Notes under the pieces: model-generated
The model's input: the letters and a program-made list of their open reading frames with translations, nothing else
What the model was told of the DNA's origin: nothing
The model's database searches: none
Position numbers and translations under genes: made by a program
Shown: one piece after another, positions 23,076-31,892 of the stretch
Layout: each line of letters begins with the position of its first letter
Numbering within the stretch: the first letter of the stretch is position 1
Virus record (IMG/VR): IMGVR_UViG_3300010158_000214
Coordinates: 1-31,892 of that record
DNA from: a virus
Lineage: Duplodnaviria > Caudoviricetes
Reading direction: 5' to 3' (one strand)
DNA length: 31,892 nt

Positions 23076-25343
23076 ATGCCAAACTGGATTCCCATCACGA
23101 CGGCCGACGTCTATTCCGCGCTGCAGGCGCCGGAGCTCGACTCACTCCGGACCGCGGCGCTCGCCGTCACTCAAGGGGATCCCGTCCTGGACGCAATCGC
23201 GGTCGTCGTTCCTCGGGTTCGCGGATTCATCGCGAGCCATCCGGGGAACAAGATCGACCAGGACGCGACGCTGATTCCGCCCGAGCTTTTCCAGGATGCC
23301 GTCTGGCTTGTGATCCAGGCGTTGAAGATCCGGCTCGGCGATGCCGTTCCCTTTTCTGATTCGCAGAAGACAATCCTCACCCGCGCCGAGGCGGACCTCC
23401 ACCAAGTCGCCCTGGGGCAACTCCGGGTTTCGATCCCGCAGAACCCCGAGGTTACGCCGAGCATTCAATCCGGCGGAGGCGCGGAGATCGCATCGACGCG
23501 GACGCGCCTCTTCGGTGATCTCATTGGGCCAACGACTTCCCCAACGTTGAACACGTTGAACGGGGCAGGGATCACCGACGGCGTCTCGACCAACGGGCGC
23601 TACGTGGACCCCGCGTGGCTTGTGTCGTTCCCTTGGCAGTGGTTGAGCTCGAAGCCGACCACGGCGGCCGCGGCGGGAATCGCCGATGCGGTCGTGACTA
23701 CGGGAACCTATTCCGATCCGGGATGGCTCACGCTTTCGATCGCCAAGATCACGGGACTAGCGACTTCGCTGGGGACGTTCCTCACGATCACGGCGGCGAC
23801 ATCAATCTACGCCGCCAAGGCGACGACGCTTGCCGGATACGGGATCACCGACGGGATCACGGCGGCAGCGGTGGCGTCCGGCTACGCCGCCAAGGCAACG
23901 ACTCTGGCGGGCTACGGGATCACCGATGGAATCACGGCCGCAGCAGTAGCGTCTGGATACGCCGCCAAGGCGACGACGCTTGCGGGCTACGGGATCACCG
24001 ACGGGATCACGGCGGCAGCGGTGGCGTCCGGCTACGCCGCCAAGGCGACGACGCTGGCGGGCTACGGGATCACCGATGGAATCACGGCCGCAGCGGTAGC
24101 GTCCGGATACGCCGCCAAGGCGACGACTCTTGCCGGATACGGGATCACCGACGGGATCACGGCGGCAGCGGTGGCGTCCGGCTACGCTGCCAAGGCAACG
24201 ACTCTGGCGGGCTACGGGATCACCGACTCAATCACCAGCGCAACCGCGGCAGCAACCTACCTTGCGCTCGCTGGCGGAACGTTGACCGGGAATCTCCTGT
24301 TCACGGACAACCTGTACACAATTGGGGCCGCGGCCGGAAGTCGTCCAAAGGACGTCCACCAGACCGGCACTCATTCGTTTTGGAGCGGAACGAGCACGAC
24401 GCTTCGAGGAACCATTCAGTCGAGCGGCGACGGGATCCTGATCTTGTCGAACAACGCGGGCACGGGGTTTTCTCGGCTGTGTTTCGGGGCAGCCAGTGCG
24501 GGACATCCGGCAATCAAGAGAGTCAGTGCTGCGAAAATGTCAGCCCGGCTCGGTGACGACACCGGGGATTCGGATTGGACCTGCGGAAGTCTCACAGCAG
24601 CGTTCGATTCGACGATAAGCGGGATCTTTGTTGGAACAAGGGGTGTGACGACGGCAGCGTGTGTCGTGGGAAGCTCGGCGGGGCTAAGTGCCGGGTCAAC
24701 CGCATCGCAGCTCACCGCAATCGGTCAATCCTGCCTCTCCGGCGGCGTGACGGGAGCCAACAACACCGGGGTCGGGAATCAGGCGCTGGTGACGATCGTT
24801 GCCGGAACGGACAACTCGGCGGTGGGGCATCGCGCACTTTGGAACGGGAACTTCAGCCAATGCACTGCGCTTGGCAGCGTCGCAGGATCCAGTCTCACCG
24901 GAGGAACCGGAAACGTCACGTGCATCGGGTACAACGCCCAGCCGTCAACCGCGACGATCGCGAACGAGATCACGCTCGGGAATTCCTCGGTCGCCACGCT
25001 CCGCTGCCAAGTCACGACGATCACGTCGCTGTCGGACGAGCGGGACAAGCAAAAGCTCTGGAGACTCATCGGTGGACTTGCATTCGTGCGCGACATTGAG
25101 CCGTGGGTCTTTGACTGGAAATCCCGCGATGGATCCAAGGTTGGAATCCGGGACTCCGGATTCATGGCCCAACAACTCCAGAGGGTTCAACAGAAACACT
25201 TCCAAGTTCCGGGGCTCGTTTATGACGAGAACCCGGACCGGCTTGAGGCGGGATACGGGAAGCTCTTCCCGGTCTTCGTCTCCGCAATCCAGGAGCTCGA
25301 CGAAAAGCTTGAGAAGCTGGCCCGAAAAGTAGCCCGCAACTAA
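23076..25343 (+). CDS. Mu gp36/DUF1320-like neck adaptor fused to fibre repeats and peptidase S74 chaperone
   Basis: Residues ~1-150 gp36-like (VRGFIA..IPPEL..AEADLHQVALG); KATTLAGYGITD repeats; NTGVG/NSAVG beta-roll; SDERDK..GFMAQ..PGLV..YGKL..SAIQEL. Confidence 0.85.
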   Translation: MPNWIPITTADVYSALQAPELDSLRTAALAVTQGDPVLDAIAVVVPRVRGFIASHPGNKIDQDATLIPPELFQDAVWLVIQALKIRLGDAVPFSDSQKTILTRAEADLHQVALGQLRVSIPQNPEVTPSIQSGGGAEIASTRTRLFGDLIGPTTSPTLNTLNGAGITDGVSTNGRYVDPAWLVSFPWQWLSSKPTTAAAAGIADAVVTTGTYSDPGWLTLSIAKITGLATSLGTFLTITAATSIYAAKATTLAGYGITDGITAAAVASGYAAKATTLAGYGITDGITAAAVASGYAAKATTLAGYGITDGITAAAVASGYAAKATTLAGYGITDGITAAAVASGYAAKATTLAGYGITDGITAAAVASGYAAKATTLAGYGITDSITSATAAATYLALAGGTLTGNLLFTDNLYTIGAAAGSRPKDVHQTGTHSFWSGTSTTLRGTIQSSGDGILILSNNAGTGFSRLCFGAASAGHPAIKRVSAAKMSARLGDDTGDSDWTCGSLTAAFDSTISGIFVGTRGVTTAACVVGSSAGLSAGSTASQLTAIGQSCLSGGVTGANNTGVGNQALVTIVAGTDNSAVGHRALWNGNFSQCTALGSVAGSSLTGGTGNVTCIGYNAQPSTATIANEITLGNSSVATLRCQVTTITSLSDERDKQKLWRLIGGLAFVRDIEPWVFDWKSRDGSKVGIRDSGFMAQQLQRVQQKHFQVPGLVYDENPDRLEAGYGKLFPVFVSAIQELDEKLEKLARKVARN
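23808..24227 (+). repeat. 75-bp coding tandem repeat, 5.6 copies
   Basis: Units start at 23808, 23883, 23958, 24033, 24108 and 24183 and encode YAAKATTLAGYGITDGITAAAVASG. Confidence 0.97.
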
Positions 25344-25354
25344 CACCCTATTCC

Positions 25355-25687
25355 ATGGCCATCACCATTTCCGACGTGACCGAATCCGGGATCACGAAGA
25401 ACACCAAAACGAGGCGGACAGCCGTCGGGGTGAACATCAATTACGATCCTGTCTCGGGGGAGTCCGCCGTCATTGCGTACGCCGATCTCACGATCGTCAC
25501 CGAGACCGACGGCAATGGAAAAGTGACGAAGACAATCGCGAATCGAGTCGACGTCGAATCGAAAGCCGTGACGGGTGAGCAATTGCGCGCCCTGCCATCG
25601 TATCCCGCCGCCCGAGCCGATCTTTCCGGATTGGCAGACGGGATCGCGGCCGCCGAATGGCCTGAACTTCCCAAGATTCAACCCTGA
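25355..25687 (+). CDS. Hypothetical protein (fibre-associated)
   Basis: 110 aa, co-oriented, 11 nt after the fibre gene. Confidence 0.7.
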   Translation: MAITISDVTESGITKNTKTRRTAVGVNINYDPVSGESAVIAYADLTIVTETDGNGKVTKTIANRVDVESKAVTGEQLRALPSYPAARADLSGLADGIAAAEWPELPKIQP

Positions 25688-25692
25688 AGACC

Positions 25693-26058
25693 ATGCCCCC
25701 CAAACCAACCCCGCCGCCTGCGAAGCCTTCCGACGAGATCCAGCCTCGCCCAGCGACATTTAAGCTCATCCCGGAGAAAGACTATGTGCTCGTGCTGAAG
25801 GGGGACGAGTTGGTCCCGCTTCGGCAGGCGCTCGACGAAGCCGGGCGCGGCGCCGGGCAGGATAACGGCGGAGAAATCCCGTGGGCCATTCGGCGCAAGA
25901 TCACCGCACAAATGGAACACGACGCGGAGATCGAGACTCACGCCGCCGGATTGATCGCGGGGCGCGAATCTCAACGAGCGGCCGCGAAGGTTGGCGAGAT
26001 CAAAAAGGATGCCGTCGAGGCCGTCGCGAAAGTGACCGGATCCCGTCGCAAAAAGTAG
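25693..26058 (+). CDS. Hypothetical protein
   Basis: 121 aa, tightly packed in the operon. Confidence 0.65.
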   Translation: MPPKPTPPPAKPSDEIQPRPATFKLIPEKDYVLVLKGDELVPLRQALDEAGRGAGQDNGGEIPWAIRRKITAQMEHDAEIETHAAGLIAGRESQRAAAKVGEIKKDAVEAVAKVTGSRRKK

Positions 26059-26061
26059 CCC

Positions 26062-26754
26062 ATGGCCACCGTCCTTTCATTCGTTCGGAAATCGAACGGT
26101 CAAGCGCTCACGCTCTCGACCGTCCTGTTCCGTCCCACGACGAACAGCCCGAAGATCAGGACGGGAGCCGTTGTCCCAACCGACGACGTCCTCGTGACGA
26201 CGAACGGCGCCGGGTTTTTCAGCACGATGCTATTCGGCGGGACCTATCAAGTCTGGATCGGCAACTCGAAGAAACCGGACACGATCACCGTCCCCGACGA
26301 CGACAGCGTGAACCTTTTGGAAAGCCTCATCGCCACGGCGCGAGTGGCGGTGCTCGGCGGGGTGACGTTCGTGAACTACCTCCTGCAGACGAACTACACC
26401 CTCGTCCTCGATGCGAGCGACGGGACTTTTCATGTTGTCCGATGCTCCGGGGATGTCTCATCGCCGGCATTCTCGGTGGACGACGCCGGCGTCGTGGCGG
26501 GCCCTTTGAATGCCCGATGGAATTCGACAAGTTGGGAGCTTTGGAACGACGACGCCCAGGCGTGGTTCGCTCCACAACTCACCGGAAGCTCGAGCTCTCC
26601 TTCGTTGTCATTCGGATCGTCCGGCGTCTCCGCTCCGGGCAACGCGCGGCTTCTGAACCGGAAGCTTCAACTCCTCAACGGAACCACGACGACTTGGCAC
26701 ACCATGTTCGTCAGCGGCGGAGCCGCCGCATTCTCCGGCCCCGACCTCTCTTAA
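26062..26754 (+). CDS. Short protein with lambda Stf-like N-terminal anchor domain and three C-terminal beta repeats
   Basis: TTNGAGFFSTML..GTYQV..TITVPDD..LESLI resembles the phage_tail_N domain. Confidence 0.65.
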   Translation: MATVLSFVRKSNGQALTLSTVLFRPTTNSPKIRTGAVVPTDDVLVTTNGAGFFSTMLFGGTYQVWIGNSKKPDTITVPDDDSVNLLESLIATARVAVLGGVTFVNYLLQTNYTLVLDASDGTFHVVRCSGDVSSPAFSVDDAGVVAGPLNARWNSTSWELWNDDAQAWFAPQLTGSSSSPSLSFGSSGVSAPGNARLLNRKLQLLNGTTTTWHTMFVSGGAAAFSGPDLS

Positions 26755-26758
26755 TCCC

Positions 26759-29617
26759 ATGAAGCACCTACCGTTCCTCCTGTCGTTCCTCCTCTCCTTC
26801 GTTGGCATGGCGCAAAGCCCGCTGCCATCAACAAAGACGTTCAGCGTGATCACCGGGACAAACGGGATCTTGACCGGGGCTTCGACAAACTTCTTCGCCA
26901 TCAACACCAACCTCCTGTTCCGCGCAACCGCCGGGCAGGTAAATGGCACGTCAAACAGCCTTGTGGCCGCGCTCATCGCCACGAATTCGGCGCGGATTGG
27001 CGACATAAACGCCACGTCGAACTACCTCAACGGAGCAATCTTGGGCGTCTCCTCCGGAATCTCGGGGACGTCCAACTCGCTGGTGTCGGCGATCCAGGCC
27101 ACGAACACGGCGAGGGTTGGGGACATCACCACGAGCTCGAACTATTTGAGCGGCCTGATCTCGTCGCTCACAACCTCTGCGAACTCCTCGATCGCGTTTC
27201 TCACAGCGTCGGTGACCGGACTTCCGGCATCGATCGCGACATCATACAACGCCGCGATCGCCTCCGCTCAAAACACGCTCAACAGCCTAACGGCGAGCCG
27301 ATCGGTAAACTCGATTGCAGACCTCCTCGCGACCCGGACCGACTCCCTATCGGGGACGACGAACATCACGGTGTTCGTCCGCGGATACTTTGCGACGGCG
27401 GGCGACGGCGGCGGGACGTTTCATCTCGTCCCGACAAACTCGCTTCCCGCGGACATCACTGGAACGAACCGGGGAACCTGTTTTGCGACCACGGATTCGC
27501 CGACCGTCTATTGGGTAAGGCGCGATCGCCGAGCGCTCAACGTTCGGGACTTCGGCGCGAAATCGGACGGATCGACGAACGACGAGATCCAAGTCCAGGA
27601 CGCAATGAACGCGACGCAGGAGATCACCTTCCCGGCGGGGACGACGACCTACATGGGGACCTACCACGGCGCCGCGTTGAATGTCCCAGCCAACCGCTTG
27701 ATCCACATCCGCGGAACGGTGAGCGGTCCGAACTATTGGGTGTTTGCCGGGAGCGTCGTCGTTGACGGCGGAGGACTGGTTAGTCTGGGATACGATTGGG
27801 AGCCTCGGAAAATGCAGTTTTTCGGAGGCGACGTTTACGTTCGCGACCTTAACTTCGTCGGCGTCGGCGGAGGTTGGGCAATTAACATCTCCAAGGATGC
27901 GGTGATGAATTCCTTCCATGTCGATCGTTGCCGATTCGAGAACATGGGGTCGGGAGTGATCCGAGAGAACAACGCGATGAGCTCTCCGAACACGAACATC
28001 TTCTGCCATCGCGGGCGAGTCACGGGATCAGTCTTTACCAACATGTTCATCGGGGGGGTCGCATGGGAGCCAAACCTCGCCGACGGATCCGTTGAGCTCA
28101 CCGGAAACCGTTTGGACAACATCCACTTCCTTTGGAACGGATCGAATGGGTTCGGAGGGTTCGCTCTCTCAGTCGCCGGTTGGTCGGCGGACAATTGGGG
28201 AAACGAGACGAACCAGATACATCTCGCGACGATCAAGGACAACACGATCACCCGCGCCCGCTACGGGATCCACGCCGAGTACTACACCGACGTCGTGGTC
28301 TCGGGGAACCGGTTCGCGGACATGGACGAAAGCTACGTCACGACGACCGGTGGCGGCCTCGTTCTTGCGGAACCCCTCACGACGACATGCGTCGAGATGA
28401 TCGGCGTTCAACGGTTCACGGTTGCGGGAAACTACGGGGCGAAAATGTCGTCGACGCAGCAGATCCTCGGGGTCGGGGCGTTCTTCGCTGGCGGGTTTGA
28501 CGGGCCGCAAGCTCCGGTCGATCGCTACACGATCGCAAACAACGTCTTCGAGACCGGCGACATCTACGCCGAGCTCCAACTTCGGGCCGCGGCGATCGCC
28601 GTGTTTCAACCGATGCCGATCGGCACGATCAAGGGGAACGTTCTCCACGCCGGATCGCTTCGACCAAGCGGGCGCGGGCAGTGGAACATCCTCGACAATT
28701 ACGCGCGCGCGCCATGGGGAAAGACCGCGTTTGTGATGAACTTCACGCGGTCGTGGAACGCGAACTACACGGCCGACGTCCGCTTCCCCGTTGTAATCAA
28801 AAACAACACGGCGGTGAACCCCATCGGAACGCCTTCGTTCTCGTTCTCCGAGTTCGAGGATTTACAGGCAGAATCGAACCTCTCGATCCAGGCGAGCGGG
28901 AACAACTTCCCGGTGAGTTCGCCGTCTCAGAAAGGGCACAACGCCGGGACGGTGTTTTGGTCAACGAACGGTGTCCCATTTGGGCAGACGTTCTCGCTCG
29001 GGGACGTGATCATGGACCAATCCCAACGACCGCCGCGGCCGATCATCATCACCGCTTCGGGGTCCCGAACAGTTCCGGGCGACTATTGCAACGCGCAACC
29101 GTCAACGAACGCGGTCCGAGGCGTTGTTGGATCAGCGGTCTACAACTGGTTGGCGGGAGGCTACCATCAAGCCGGACAACTTGTTCACCTTCTCGGAACG
29201 CCCGCGCCGGTGGACGGTCTGATCACCGACATCTATCTCGACGCGCCGACGTCCTATGTCGTCGCGCGCCTTGTTGATCCCGCGACAGGAAACCCGCTTA
29301 ACCTCACCGGATTCACGCCGGGCCTAATGCAGGCGGGGCAGGAGGTTGGATTTACGGTGCAAGGGTTCGGGACCTTGACGTGGGATCCCGCATCGGTCGC
29401 CGCTGGCGGATCAATCCAACTCAGCGGAATCACGGTCCTAGGCGCTCTTCCTGGAGACATCGTCCAGGCCTCGTTCTCTCTCGACACCCAAGGGATGATC
29501 CTAACGGGCGCCGCGACGGCCAACGACCTCTGCAGGGTGACACTCTTCAACCCGACCGGGGGCGCAATCGACCTAGCGTCGGGAACGCTCCGGATCTCAA
29601 CCACGACCGCGCGATGA
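26759..29617 (+). CDS. Tailspike-like beta-helix depolymerase with N-terminal signal peptide
   Basis: MKHLPFLLSFLLSFVGMA|Q; VRGYF..GDGGGTF; NVRDFGAKSDGSTND (Pectate_lyase_3-type start); IxxNxF beta-helix rungs; C-terminal WDPAS..DLASGTLRI domain. Confidence 0.85.
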   Translation: MKHLPFLLSFLLSFVGMAQSPLPSTKTFSVITGTNGILTGASTNFFAINTNLLFRATAGQVNGTSNSLVAALIATNSARIGDINATSNYLNGAILGVSSGISGTSNSLVSAIQATNTARVGDITTSSNYLSGLISSLTTSANSSIAFLTASVTGLPASIATSYNAAIASAQNTLNSLTASRSVNSIADLLATRTDSLSGTTNITVFVRGYFATAGDGGGTFHLVPTNSLPADITGTNRGTCFATTDSPTVYWVRRDRRALNVRDFGAKSDGSTNDEIQVQDAMNATQEITFPAGTTTYMGTYHGAALNVPANRLIHIRGTVSGPNYWVFAGSVVVDGGGLVSLGYDWEPRKMQFFGGDVYVRDLNFVGVGGGWAINISKDAVMNSFHVDRCRFENMGSGVIRENNAMSSPNTNIFCHRGRVTGSVFTNMFIGGVAWEPNLADGSVELTGNRLDNIHFLWNGSNGFGGFALSVAGWSADNWGNETNQIHLATIKDNTITRARYGIHAEYYTDVVVSGNRFADMDESYVTTTGGGLVLAEPLTTTCVEMIGVQRFTVAGNYGAKMSSTQQILGVGAFFAGGFDGPQAPVDRYTIANNVFETGDIYAELQLRAAAIAVFQPMPIGTIKGNVLHAGSLRPSGRGQWNILDNYARAPWGKTAFVMNFTRSWNANYTADVRFPVVIKNNTAVNPIGTPSFSFSEFEDLQAESNLSIQASGNNFPVSSPSQKGHNAGTVFWSTNGVPFGQTFSLGDVIMDQSQRPPRPIIITASGSRTVPGDYCNAQPSTNAVRGVVGSAVYNWLAGGYHQAGQLVHLLGTPAPVDGLITDIYLDAPTSYVVARLVDPATGNPLNLTGFTPGLMQAGQEVGFTVQGFGTLTWDPASVAAGGSIQLSGITVLGALPGDIVQASFSLDTQGMILTGAATANDLCRVTLFNPTGGAIDLASGTLRISTTTAR

Positions 29618-30528
29618 TCTCAGCGGGCCAGATACCATTCGCCGAGGCGCTCCGATTCGCGAGCGAGCGGAAGCTTTTGCCAACCGATATGTCGTCGGCG
29701 GAGTTGTCCGAATTGCCGGTCCAGGTGCGACAGGGCGCGGTGTTCTCGGCGGGCGTGATGGAGACCGAGGTGTTGCAAGTGGTTAAGGACCGCATCGACA
29801 CGATGGCTTCGGGCCTCAGCCAAGCGCCGGGCCAACTCCCAAACCGCGCGAGCGTTCGGACCGAGCTTAAAGAACTCCTGGATTCGCTCGACTATCAGCC
29901 GGCGGCGGGGCGCGAGGGAACGATCTCGGACCTCCGAACGGATGGCCGGCTGAACCTGATCATCGACACCCAGCTTCGAATGGCTCACGGGTTCGGGCAA
30001 TGGCGTCAGGCCCAAACCGAAGGGGCGCTCCTCCTGTTTCCGTGCGCGGAATTCCGACGCATCTCCCCGCGCCGTGTTCCCCGAGGTTATCGAATCAAAG
30101 CCGGGGCCCTTGTGGCGGAGAACCCCCGCTACTGGGAGGACCGGTGGGTGCGTGCCGGCGGGACGATTTACGGCGGGCGAATGATCGCCCGCGTCAACGA
30201 CCCGGTGTGGGAGAACCTTAGCCGGTTCGGGTTGCCTTACGATCCCGTCGACTTCAACACCGGGTACGGGCGGCGGTCGGTCGGTCGCGCCGAGGCCGTG
30301 AGGCTTGGCGTTATTCAAAAGCGGGAACGGGTCGCGCCGGCTCCGGACGGCCTCGCCACGCCCGCGGAACAAGTCGCCGCGATGGACACGGCGCCGGCCA
30401 TTAAACGCCGATTGAAGGACAATTTCAGGGCCTCTATCTCCGCCTTTAGCCTCGGGCTCCGCGGGGCGTTGCTTGATGTCGTCCATGGGCTTTTCAAGGC
30501 CGCCGGCGATGAACTCGTCCCAGAATGA
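29614..30528 (+). CDS. Mu gpF-like head morphogenesis protein
   Basis: PFAEALRF, AVFSAGV, RLNLIIDTQ..AHGFG, DPVW..PVDFNTG; ATGA-coupled start at 29614. Confidence 0.8.
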   Translation: MISAGQIPFAEALRFASERKLLPTDMSSAELSELPVQVRQGAVFSAGVMETEVLQVVKDRIDTMASGLSQAPGQLPNRASVRTELKELLDSLDYQPAAGREGTISDLRTDGRLNLIIDTQLRMAHGFGQWRQAQTEGALLLFPCAEFRRISPRRVPRGYRIKAGALVAENPRYWEDRWVRAGGTIYGGRMIARVNDPVWENLSRFGLPYDPVDFNTGYGRRSVGRAEAVRLGVIQKRERVAPAPDGLATPAEQVAAMDTAPAIKRRLKDNFRASISAFSLGLRGALLDVVHGLFKAAGDELVPE

Positions 30529-31106
30529 GCGCCTCGATCAACATCCGCTTGACGGCGAACGGCGCGACCCCGGCGATCCGGAAGCTCGGGGAGCGTCTCG
30601 GCGGCCGCGTCCTGCATCAGGCGATCGGGGCGGCCATGCTATCGGCGGTCCAGGAGCACTTCGACCGGCGCGAGCATGAACCGAACAAAATGGGAGCACC
30701 CAAGACGGGGTTTTGGGCAAAGATTTCGGCGGGAACCTCGGTCACTTCGAGCGAGACCGAAGCGGTCGTGACGATTCCCGCGCCAATCCTCCAAAAGCTC
30801 TATGGCGGGACAATCCGGCCCGTCAACTCAAAGGCCCTAGCGTTTCCCGTGTCTCCTCGTTCTTACGGGAAAACGGCTCGCGAGATGAGGGCGGACGGCG
30901 AGACCAAGTTCGTCCCGCTGAATCGGGGGAACCTCGTTGGAATCATCACGTCGATTGAAGCGAAGGGTGTTGTCGGGGAGGTCCTCTTTCTTGTTGTGCG
31001 ACAGGTGACGCAAGCCGCGGACCCGAACGCAATCCCGAGCACCGGATCCTTAATGAAGGCGGCGATGGATGCCGTCGAAGAGAGCGCCGACGCGCTCCTC
31101 AATTGA
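30525..31106 (+). CDS. Mu gpG-like virion morphogenesis protein
   Basis: LHQAIG..VQEHF..YGGTIRPVNSKALAFP. Confidence 0.75.
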   Translation: MSASINIRLTANGATPAIRKLGERLGGRVLHQAIGAAMLSAVQEHFDRREHEPNKMGAPKTGFWAKISAGTSVTSSETEAVVTIPAPILQKLYGGTIRPVNSKALAFPVSPRSYGKTAREMRADGETKFVPLNRGNLVGIITSIEAKGVVGEVLFLVVRQVTQAADPNAIPSTGSLMKAAMDAVEESADALLN

Positions 31107-31107
31107 T

Positions 31108-31617
31108 ATGTGGCAAGGCTTCGATCTCATTGACCAACTCAACGAGAGCGTCCGCGGACGCCTCCTCGATCGGGGCGGATTCTCCGGGCCTCCACCCGTC
31201 GAAGTCTTGACGGAGCGTTTGAGCGACTTCGAGCAGAAGCTCAAGGTCGCCCTCCAATCGAAGCTCGGGCTTTGCCTCATCGTCTCGACTCCCGAGATCC
31301 AGGGCGGCGAGGTCGCCTCGGAACTTGTCGCAAAGGTGTCGGTGATCGTGAACGAAAACATCGTTCAAAACCAATTTGGAGAGGGAACACGAATCACGGC
31401 CGCGGCCGCGGCGCTCCGGGTTTACATTGCGCTCCTGAATTGGGCCCCGGACGGCGGGTGGTCTCCGCTTGTTCCGATTCCTGAAGTATCCCCCATTCGT
31501 TTAATCGGGGCACCCCAAGAAGGGGCACCGGTCGTTAGCTACGAAATCGCCCTCCGGTCGTTGTATGTCTTCGGAGTCGAAGACGAAACCCCGGTCGCAC
31601 TCTCGGGAACCCCCTAA
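31108..31617 (+). CDS. Putative tail completion/terminator (gp37-like position)
   Basis: 169 aa between gpG and tube-like gene; ATG at 31108. Confidence 0.55.
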   Translation: MWQGFDLIDQLNESVRGRLLDRGGFSGPPPVEVLTERLSDFEQKLKVALQSKLGLCLIVSTPEIQGGEVASELVAKVSVIVNENIVQNQFGEGTRITAAAAALRVYIALLNWAPDGGWSPLVPIPEVSPIRLIGAPQEGAPVVSYEIALRSLYVFGVEDETPVALSGTP

Positions 31618-31629
31618 CAAGGAAAACTT

Positions 31630-31892
31630 ATGTCCATGAAAATCTCAGGCAAAGCCTGTTACATCGGAATCAACGGCTTAATGCTCACGGCGGAGCTCTC
31701 GACCGCGCAGAACGTAATCGCCAACATGTCGTTCTCTCGAACGACCCCATCGGTCGAGGTCCTCGACGGCAACAACAACGTGATGGCGAAAGCCTACGCG
31801 AACCCGCAGGACACGATCGAGATCGAGGCGATCATTGTCGATTCAGCGGTGCCCGGAACGGTTGCCGGAGCTCAAGCAAACCTGAAGCTTCC
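31630..31892 (+). CDS. Probable tail tube protein, truncated by window end
   Basis: AAGGA SD; open frame MSMKISGKACYIGINGL...EVLDGNNNVMAKAY...IEIEAII to the end; function from position and beta-rich pattern. Confidence 0.5.
   Translation, partial: MSMKISGKACYIGINGLMLTAELSTAQNVIANMSFSRTTPSVEVLDGNNNVMAKAYANPQDTIEIEAIIVDSAVPGTVAGAQANLKL

Larger units (their letters stand above)
1..31892. mobile_element. Transposable (Mu/B3-like) bacteriophage or prophage, partial
   Basis: MuA-like transposase, MuB ATPase, Gam and GemA-like genes transcribed leftward; Mu gp25/26/27, portal, protease I, gp36, F and G-like genes transcribed rightward (B3/BcepMu-type layout). No host genes seen. Confidence 0.95.

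Noticed and set aside
23808-24227. Possible CRISPR array
   Set aside because: No unique spacers; in-frame coding repeat with only synonymous variation.
21630-29617. Diversity-generating retroelement, prompted by the BPP-1-like capsid
   Set aside because: No reverse transcriptase and no TR/VR pair differing at adenines seen in the window; no invertase or invertible segment either.
1-31892. tRNA, rRNA, integrase/att site, cognate restriction enzyme
   Set aside because: None recognisable by eye; the MTase appears to be orphan.

Overview
The whole window is one GC-rich transposable (Mu/B3-like) phage or prophage. No host flank is visible and the sequence runs off the right edge at the start of the tail genes. 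Bases 218-10318 form a leftward early operon: RHH regulators, a DUF3102-like protein, MuA-like DDE transposase, MuB-like AAA ATPase, Gam, a DnaA-C-terminal HTH protein, a GemA-like protein, a papain-like protease and an ASCH protein. A divergent pair of paralogous ribbon-helix-helix genes flanking a 3 x 10-bp operator-like array sits where Mu has c/ner. A short accessory block (10958-13288) ends in a terminator. The rightward late operon encodes a holin-like protein, a lipoprotein, a DNA MTase, Mu gp25/26/27-like proteins, a GpA-like large terminase, a DUF935 portal, protease I/scaffold Z, a BPP-1/epsilon15-type capsid with cement protein, a gp36 neck adaptor fused to a repeat fibre with an S74 chaperone, an Stf-anchor protein, a beta-helix spike carrying an apparent Sec signal peptide, gpF, gpG, a tail-completion protein and the start of a probable tail tube. 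The most unusual items are the neck-fibre fusion, the signal-peptide spike with its separate anchor gene, the RHH-only switch and the mosaic head module. All family calls are from motifs recognised by eye; no database searches were run.
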